Source: Octopus vulgaris (Eukaryota). Taken from it: a DNA stretch of 64,000 nucleotides. A model generated the notes under the pieces. It was not told where the DNA came from. It made no database searches and was given only the letters and a program-made list of their open reading frames with translations. The stretch lies in assembly GCA_951406725.2 (NCBI GenBank), contig OX597818.1, positions 145,328,001-145,392,000 on the forward strand. The letters run 5' to 3'. The position numbers and the translations under genes are program-made. Positions 56,031 through 64,000 of this stretch are shown here, piece by piece (within the stretch, counting starts at the first letter, position 1; each line of letters starts with the position of its first letter).

Positions 56031-56838
56031 TACACTATTACGATCACATCCACTGCGGAGAATGGCAATGGTGATGGGAACTCGCATCGGTACATTATCC
56101 CGTGAAAATTTTGTTGTTTTTTTTTAATATCAAGTCGACTAGTATGATTTTTTTTGGAATGAGTAGCTGTTGATTCTTTGGTGCCAAGTCAGCGCTGATT
56201 GAACACATCTATGTATGACCCAAAGCATTCCATACTTGACAACCGTGTCGCTTTGTATGCCCAGTACGTCGATATTCCATATCTGCTTCTTTAAAAAGAA
56301 TGTACAGTATGCTTTGAACGAGGTTTGGTTGATAGGGATTCCTGTCGTTGGCTCATTTAAATAACAACGTTGTTAATATATCTGAAATACACAACTAGCC
56401 ATGTAATTGAATGAATTAATTAGCAGAATAACTTTCTATTTGGTTTCTAACTCATTTGAAAATGAATTTCCGATGTTTCTTGAATCAGGATTCAACCTGC
56501 AGTAAAACTGATTTGAAGACGACGTGTCATGAAGATGCAAAATCATTGAGAGAATATAAATTATTCAAGGATAATTAAATATTTGGCAACTACACATAGT
56601 GATATATTTCAGTGTAAGGGAGGATTAAGTGGTGGATGTGGTGAACTTTATAAAGTTTGAAGAAAAAGAACGTTTATAGAACTATAATTACTATTGTTAG
56701 GTCACCTTTCAGAAAGGGCATAACTGTTTGTTCGGAAACAAAGAATTGTTGGAGTGGCAGAAAGGGTCGAGAATCGAATTAAATGTCTTTTCTAATATCT
56801 AAATTCTGTTGTAGCGGCTTCATATCCACTTTTAAAGA

Positions 56839-57105
56839 AGGCGGCAACCTGGCAAAATCGTTAGCACGCCGGACGAAATGCTTAGCGGCATTTTGACTGT
56901 CTTTACATTCTAAGTTCGATTCCCGCCGAAGTTGACTTTACCTTTCATTATGACCATTGGGGCCATTGTGATAAATCAAATACCAATTGCTCACTGGGGT
57001 TGCTGCAATAAAATAAGTACCAGTTGGTCACTGGGATCATTGTAACCAACTTACCCTCTCCTCCAAAATTACTGGCATTGAGCCAAAATGCGAAGCCAGT
57101 ATTAA
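56839..57105 (+). mobile_element. SINE family B with an internally duplicated core
   Basis: GGCGGCAACCTGGCAAAATCGTTAGCACGCCGG..AAGTTCGATTCCCGCCGAAG. The ATAAA....TACCA.TTG..CACTGGG block occurs twice. Confidence 0.8.
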
Positions 57106-58045
57106 AATTTTGTCTCTCTAAATTCTGACTATCGCTGTTTTTCTCCTTTTTAATCGCATTTAAATTGTTTTCTATCCCGCCTGAATTAACTGAATAGGTA
57201 CCAGGCAAAAAAGAAAAAAAAACAGAGTTTGAGGAAACAGATGGAAATCAAAAATTGCACAGTGAAATTCGTAAATTCAGATGATTATATGATGCGAATT
57301 AAACGTTTCAAAGTTGAATTTTCATCTCCGAGATAAACAAGTTTTCGACTTTAAGGTGTTTAAAGTGAAGTGGAAATATATAAGTAGGGCAGTAAAAGGC
57401 AGAAAGTACTCATGCGAGATGTGAGTAAATATATTTTTTTTAAAATAGTAAATCATTAGTGGCGCGTGATAAAGTTGAGTATATGAGGGCGGGAATATTT
57501 CCTGTTGTGAGAAATACATTGCGAGGGAAATAATGAGAAAGAGGGAAGTGTTGAGAGTAAGCAAGTGGCCCCCACGTAATTGAAACAGATTAAACAAGTC
57601 AGACAGGGAAACAATGTTTTGTTATATTAATAGTTAAATTAAGGAGACAAAAGGAAGACGAAAGAGCGTTGTGTGGGCATACGAAATAAGGTGAGTATAT
57701 GTAAGTATCATCATACAACGAAACTTGAATACGCTGTATCCATCTCAGGCATATTTTTCATGTTGTGCCAAAGTAATTATCTTACCAATAATGTTTCCAT
57801 CAATATCATTATCGTGGCAAGGCGTTCTACATCAGCTAACTTCACCGTCTTGTTTTGATTTCCGGTCGATACTATTTCACTAATGCTTAAGTTATAATTT
57901 CCCTTTCTAATCTTCTCTAAAACTATTAGTTTATTTAAGTGTCGTCAAAATAAACTTAAATATTTCCGTTTAGTTATTTTTGTCTTTTAATTTTGTGGAT
58001 CAATACGTTTGTATCACTCACTCGTTCATTCATTCACGCACACAG

Positions 58046-58158
<113 letters not shown>

Positions 58159-58184
58159 ATATCTATCTATCTATCTATCTATCT

Positions 58185-58675
58185 AGTGAGAGTAGAGAGG
58201 CAAGTTTTGTCTAGCGAATGTTTTAAAAAAAGATGGGTGAATGTAGCAAGAATGGCACGTATGAATGACGAAGCCACCTTGAGCATGATCCTATGAACCC
58301 AGAAATTGAAAACAGAGAGTTGCTTATTTGCAAAAAAAAAAAAAAAAGAAATATAACATGTGACTCCATTGACCGAGGTTACCGTGGTCTTTTCCGTAGG
58401 CTTTTCTTTCCACGGGTAAACCTCACCTGTCCTCCCCTTTACACTTCATATTGACATTTCTGTGATAACGATCCCTATTGATCAATTTTTTTTTTCTTCC
58501 TCTCCCCCTTTTTTTTAACCCCCCTTTTTTTTGTCCTCTTTCTCTCCTTTTACGATCCCTTTTGATCGAAACTCCCTCTTCCTTTTTTTTTTTTTTTTTA
58601 AAACCTTCAAAAGAAAAGCTCTACCTTGTAATTTGTTCCATCTGTGTGCAGCCCTGTGTGGCTAATAAAGAAACA
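58185..58675 (+). mobile_element. 5'-truncated Tx1/L1-type LINE 3' end inserted in (TATC)n
   Basis: Short coding tail [36 protein letters not shown], pyrimidine-rich UTR, AATAAA at 58664-58669 and (TATC)n on both sides. Clade call rests on the F..RW terminal motif only. Confidence 0.65.
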
Positions 58676-58691
58676 TATCTATATATCTATC

Positions 58692-58740
<49 letters not shown>

Positions 58741-58747
58741 GTTTGTG

Positions 58748-58862
<115 letters not shown>

Positions 58863-58871
58863 CTCTATCTA

Positions 58872-58938
<67 letters not shown>

Positions 58939-59067
58939 CATTTTATTGGATATACAAGTTTTGTATGCGACACCACGTCTTGAAACAATTAATGGGTTAC
59001 TTATAATTCCTAGACTAACGCAAAAGTAAAGAAGCAAAGTTCACTAAACGATGAGTGTATTTCATTA

Positions 59068-59177
<110 letters not shown>

Positions 59178-59866
59178 ACGTAGGTACGTACAATGAAGAA
59201 CGGAGAGTTACATCTTTGAAATTCATTTATTGATAGCATTTTCTGTATATTATTACTTTCCGACACGTTTTTCAGACGAGTAAATGCAGTAAGGACCTTT
59301 GATAAAATAGTTTTGTGTATTTATTTAATTTCTATTAAATCAACTTTTATTAATTTCTTATATATTCCTACCAAGATATTATTTTAGAAACTTATATTTA
59401 ATGATATAACCTTCAGTTCATGTCACTCACCCATTAAAGCTGTATCGGACCTCAAGCTTTGGATTTGTACGATTTAATATAGATCTACTAAGTGCATAAA
59501 CTTATTGTACCAAAGGACCCAAAGACATTTAATCAGCAGAGATTCGTATCAGAATTTAATATGAAAAAAGTGCATTTTAGGAAGTAAATTTCAAAGATGT
59601 ATAACTTTCCATTCTTCAATAATTGTGGCTTGATAATATACTCTATATTCTACGAGAAATTCATTGAACCGAACTCAGGATTTACCAATCGAGTGTAGTA
59701 CAGTTGAAGTGTTCTCCCTTCGATTGGTTTAATTGTTTATTCTAAACTCACCTAAATATTTCCTATCATTCGATGTGGTTAGCTAAGTCCGGATTTCCGG
59801 TTTTTATCAGAGTGCTTGTAAGATATCTGCTTGAGATTTAAAGTCCCAATTGCTTTGTCTGATATA

Positions 59867-59955
<89 letters not shown>

Positions 59956-60044
59956 TGTGTGCATGTGTGTGTATGTGTTTGTGTTTGCGTATGTGTGTGT
60001 TTGTTTGTTTGTTTGTTTGTGTGTGCGTGTGCGCGCGTGCGTGC

Positions 60045-60950
60045 AGCAATTAAAGATTATTACTGTTCTGTTACTGTTCTATTTGTTTCATTCGGACAAA
60101 GACGATCAACAGACGGAATCTTAGCCAAGAATTTTTGCAAGTGACGATCATTTGATGCTTCAAAATTTGTTTCGGTTTCTTACTGATAGAGAAATATTGA
60201 TACCAGAAAAGCGTTGTCTTTGACAATGTTTGTACTTGGGTGAAGAATAATGTTAAGGATGATTTGGTGTAAGTGTGAGTCTTTGGTAATGATAAAGTTT
60301 GTGAATTAGCGATCCCTTATATTTTACGCATTTAAATTACTGTATTTAAAAAAGACATTAATGGTTCATCTCTCTCACGACATTTGAACAACAATTAGGC
60401 AAATTCAGAATGGAACAAACTAGTATGTACTAGTTTGTTCGATTAAATCTGTTTTTGAATTATAGTAACTTTAAAAATGTTCAGTTTTTAGACGTAACAT
60501 TATATTTCAAGAATTAGTACATACCATTCTTGCTGTGAGTCTCATGAAAAGTTTATGTATCTGAATAGGTTATAAATGAACATTAAAAAATGTCTGATAT
60601 ATCAATAAACAAATACAAGTTTCAAAATTATCTCTTAATATATTACTATAACGCGCTGGGGGAAGAAGTTGCCTTCATACGTAAAATTAAATTCATTATT
60701 TAAATTTCAAAACATTGTTAACTGGTTTAACCGTATTTATCAAAGCATCTATTATAAGTGGAAGTTGAAAGACAATGGGATTGACAACGTCAGAAATAAT
60801 CCAGAAATTAAGGATCGTAGTAAAACATTCACTAAAAAGCCAAACATTGTAGTATATGTATTACAGAGAAATTCCTTATCTTAAATGATGTCCTGAAGTC
60901 AACTATCAGTGTGAAAAATGAAGAAACGAATCGCTATGAACATTACTATA
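60045..60950 (+). mobile_element. Penelope-like retroelement relic (RT and endonuclease-end remnants)
   Basis: FDNVCTWVKNN..FGNDKVCELAIPYIL (cf. WVK..FDVTMGS.DGAEVCEL.GLYIL), NFKNVQFLDVTL, LSKH..WKLKDNGID, KHCSICITEKFLI. Confidence 0.7.
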
Positions 60951-62674
60951 ATGTTGATATACTATATTTTTGAAAGTTTGAGCATTATCAAAACCTATAA
61001 TATCAAGCTGCAAAGGGAAGCAATTAAACACTCCAAGGCATTTAATCAGGAACTTTAACGTTCCTCCATTCATTCTTTAACCAGCTTTCATTCTTTAAAA
61101 TACGATGCACCATTTGTATGCAAAAGAAACACACCCACATTCCGATTTGCATTAATAGTAGCTAGTTGAATTACAATGTCAACACCGGCGCTCTTTTCAT
61201 CTATACCAACAAGTTATGATTACTATTTACAAGCAAGTTAGTTACCCCTTAGCATGGTCTACAGAACATGATATGATAAGAAAATTCATTACATAATTAC
61301 AGTACAGTTACTTGTTAAAAATTTCCGGTTGTTTTTTTTTTCCTTTTCATGTCTCTGTCTCTAATCGATATATCAATGTTTCTATATAAATATTTATATA
61401 AACATCGTTTCTGTGTTGAAGCAAAGCTGCTTGTCTACGGTAGAGAAGTAACTATGTGAAATTCGCGTACCACATCTTAATTTATTTCCTTTTTTATAGC
61501 TTAGTCCTTTTGTTGGGAATAGGCTTTTTATAATTGGGGCAAATTGCAGGTGTATAAAAACCTGTAAGGATACACCTGTGCTGATGACCGTTTCATTTTA
61601 CAAGTTCGTAGGTATGGAACTTTTAATATTTTAAAAATTCTATTTGAATGCTTGTATCAAATTTGTTTTGGTTTTCGTGCTTAACTATTTTATCCTTATC
61701 AGGATATTTTAGAGACTTTGGTTCCAAATTCAAATGTGAATAAAATGTGACCTATGACCGAAGGGTTACTCATTCCTTGCTTAGTCAGCGCATCTGTCCC
61801 ATTAACATAATATCCGAGAATGGTGAAAGAAAGAGAGTCAGAAAAAATGACTTGTGGTTTACCTCAGACTAGATATACGCGCAGCAGAGTGGACTCTGCT
61901 AAAGGCGTTCAGAGGTTTCATGCTTCACAGATTCATCATCATCATCATCATCATCTTCGTCGTCGTCGTCGTCATCATCATCATCATCATCATCGTCATC
62001 AGTGTTGCCATCGTCGTCATTGTAAAAATATACTGTTTTCAGTAACGCTCTCCGTGCCATCATCATCTCTATCAACTATTAAGAAGCGGTGTTTCAATGC
62101 ATACGTGTCCTGCTAGAAATAGACGCGAAACCATGCACCAATTTAACTCAACACCCTTAAAAATGGGAAGGTTACCTCAAATTACATAATTTTAGGCAAG
62201 GTGGTACAGTCACGACTGGAATGCTTTTGATTTACGAACTCTGCGCTACCACCACCACCACCACCACCACCACCACCACCTCCTCCTGCATCAAAGGTAC
62301 AAACTTTAATATAGTGTTAGGAGGTATTAGTGGTGACACTGATAGCGAATGTGCGATTGATTCGGTAGTCGGTCTCTTGATAGACTACAGCTGTCTGGCT
62401 TATGATTCGGCCATGCTGACCACAATGCTCCCATTCTAAATATAGAACGTATTGACCATTCATATTATGTAACATTCATTATTCAACAATGAATAAGCTC
62501 ACTCCTACGCATCGGCGATGTCACGTGTTCTTTCAGTTTAGGATACGTGTCTGCGAGTGTATGTGATTGTTTGCGCGTGTGTGTGTGTGTATACGTTTGC
62601 GTATATATGTATATATATATATATTTATATGAAGAGAGAAAGAGAGAGAGAGAGAGGAAGAGAGAGGAAGAAAG

Positions 62675-62813
62675 GCACAGGCATAGCTGTATGGTATGAT
62701 GCTTGATTCCCAACCATATGGTTCTGGGTTCAGTCTCGTGTATCTCAGTACAGCCACGAGCCGAAAAGCATTTGTGAGTTGATTTGATGGAGGGATACTG
62801 AAAGAAGACCGTA

Positions 62814-62816
<3 letters not shown>
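62675..62816 (+). mobile_element. SINE family A 5' part
   Basis: GGCACAGGCATAGCTGTATGGTA..CAACCATATGGTTCTGGGTTCAGTC..ACTGAAAGAAGACCGT. Confidence 0.7.
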
Positions 62817-62858
<42 letters not shown>

Positions 62859-62953
62859 CAACAATTGAGGGTAAAATTAATTAATTATTAATCAATTTCA
62901 CCAAGTGTTCAGTATGCAAAGGGACCATTTAAGGCGAATTCAAATTATTACAT

Positions 62954-63040
62954 TATATAAAAGGGCTTAGTAAAATAAATTACTTTGCCGCATACTTTGC
63001 CGCATACAGTATGCGGCAAAGTAATTTATTTTACTAAGCC

Positions 63041-63050
<10 letters not shown>
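62954..63050. repeat. Perfect 43-bp inverted repeat at the end of an insert within (TA)n
   Basis: 62954-62996 is the exact reverse complement of 63008-63050. The 11-nt spacer duplicates 62985-62995. Confidence 0.95.
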
Positions 63051-63080
<30 letters not shown>

Positions 63081-63176
63081 CACACACACATATATATATG
63101 TGTGTATGTGTGTGTATTAAAGTATACATGGATGCATAAATGTCTGTAGGAATATATATATATGTATATGTATATA

Positions 63177-63292
<116 letters not shown>

Positions 63293-63625
63293 ATATATAT
63301 GTATATATATATATATATATATATTTATATACATATATATATATATATATAAAGGGGCTTGTATGATTGTGTATACAGGAACAGTTGAATCACTCCTGTC
63401 ACAACCTGGGACATTGAAGACTGCTATAATGCAAGAAAGTATACTAGTCCCTTAATATTTTATATTTGATATTCAATATTTCATCTATTCGATATGACAA
63501 TCAATACTTCATTTCATTTTACTATATATATATTATTTATAATCTATTTTCTATATTCTACTTTAATATTATAAAAAATATATAAAAAACATAAAAAACA
63601 GACAGAGTTGGAATTTCTTTGAATA

Positions 63626-63675
<50 letters not shown>

Positions 63676-63717
63676 TGGTTGTCTACTAATTGTGCAGAAT
63701 TTGACCATCTCCTGTAC

Positions 63718-64000
63718 CTAGATGTTACCACCTTCATGCCATCTGATGTGGCGTTTTACACCAGACAATGTTCTGAAAAGACAGCCCCATAGATTGCACA
63801 TCCGATTTGGACCACCAAGAGGTGCAGAGAAGTTCTGGTCTTTGTGGATCTTAAAATGTCTTTTGAGGCCTCCATTAGATTTGCAAACCTTCTGACATAC
63901 ACTGCATTCCAAGATGTGCACAGATATACGCAGAATAGTCGGTGGAGGTTCGTTTTCCATGGGTTCGCAAATAAGATTTGAACCCAGCAAAAGACAGGCA
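63718..64000 (-). pseudogene. Decayed C2H2 zinc-finger array, probably the C-terminus of an RTE-type LINE ORF (runs off the window)
   Basis: CLSFAGFKSYLRTH, a frameshift, then CSVCQKVCKSNGGLKRHFKIH and CNLWGCLFRTLSGVKRHIRWH. No TGEKP linkers; ends next to (TA)n. Confidence 0.6.

Noticed and set aside
59640-59860. Possible inverted PLE N-terminal remnant (RLVNPE)
   Set aside because: Only a few residues match, too weak to call.

Overview
AT-rich animal genomic DNA made almost entirely of microsatellites and transposon relics. The SINE and LINE families look like those of coleoid cephalopods (Octopus); this is recognition from memory, not a database match. I found no intact host protein-coding gene, rRNA, tRNA or CRISPR array, and nearly all ORFs in the track are translations of simple repeats. 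Supported content: (1) several tRNA-derived SINE families; (2) many 5'-truncated R4/Dong-type LINEs, plus CR1-type, RTE-type and Tx1/L1-type LINE fragments; (3) two Penelope-like element (PLE) relics and several hammerhead-ribozyme-like motifs; (4) a TIR-complete, internally deleted mariner and other Tc1/mariner relics; (5) a MITE and Helitron-like elements. Most interesting: a twin-primed (5'-inverted) RTE insertion with an 11-bp TSD inside a PLE hammerhead motif, a tandem pair of minimal hammerhead motifs resembling a retrozyme, a SINE captured in a MITE with fold-back palindromes at both junctions, a probable LINE 3' transduction, family-specific microsatellite targeting, and a strong + strand splice site (CAG|AG|GTAAGA) that hints at a long host intron.
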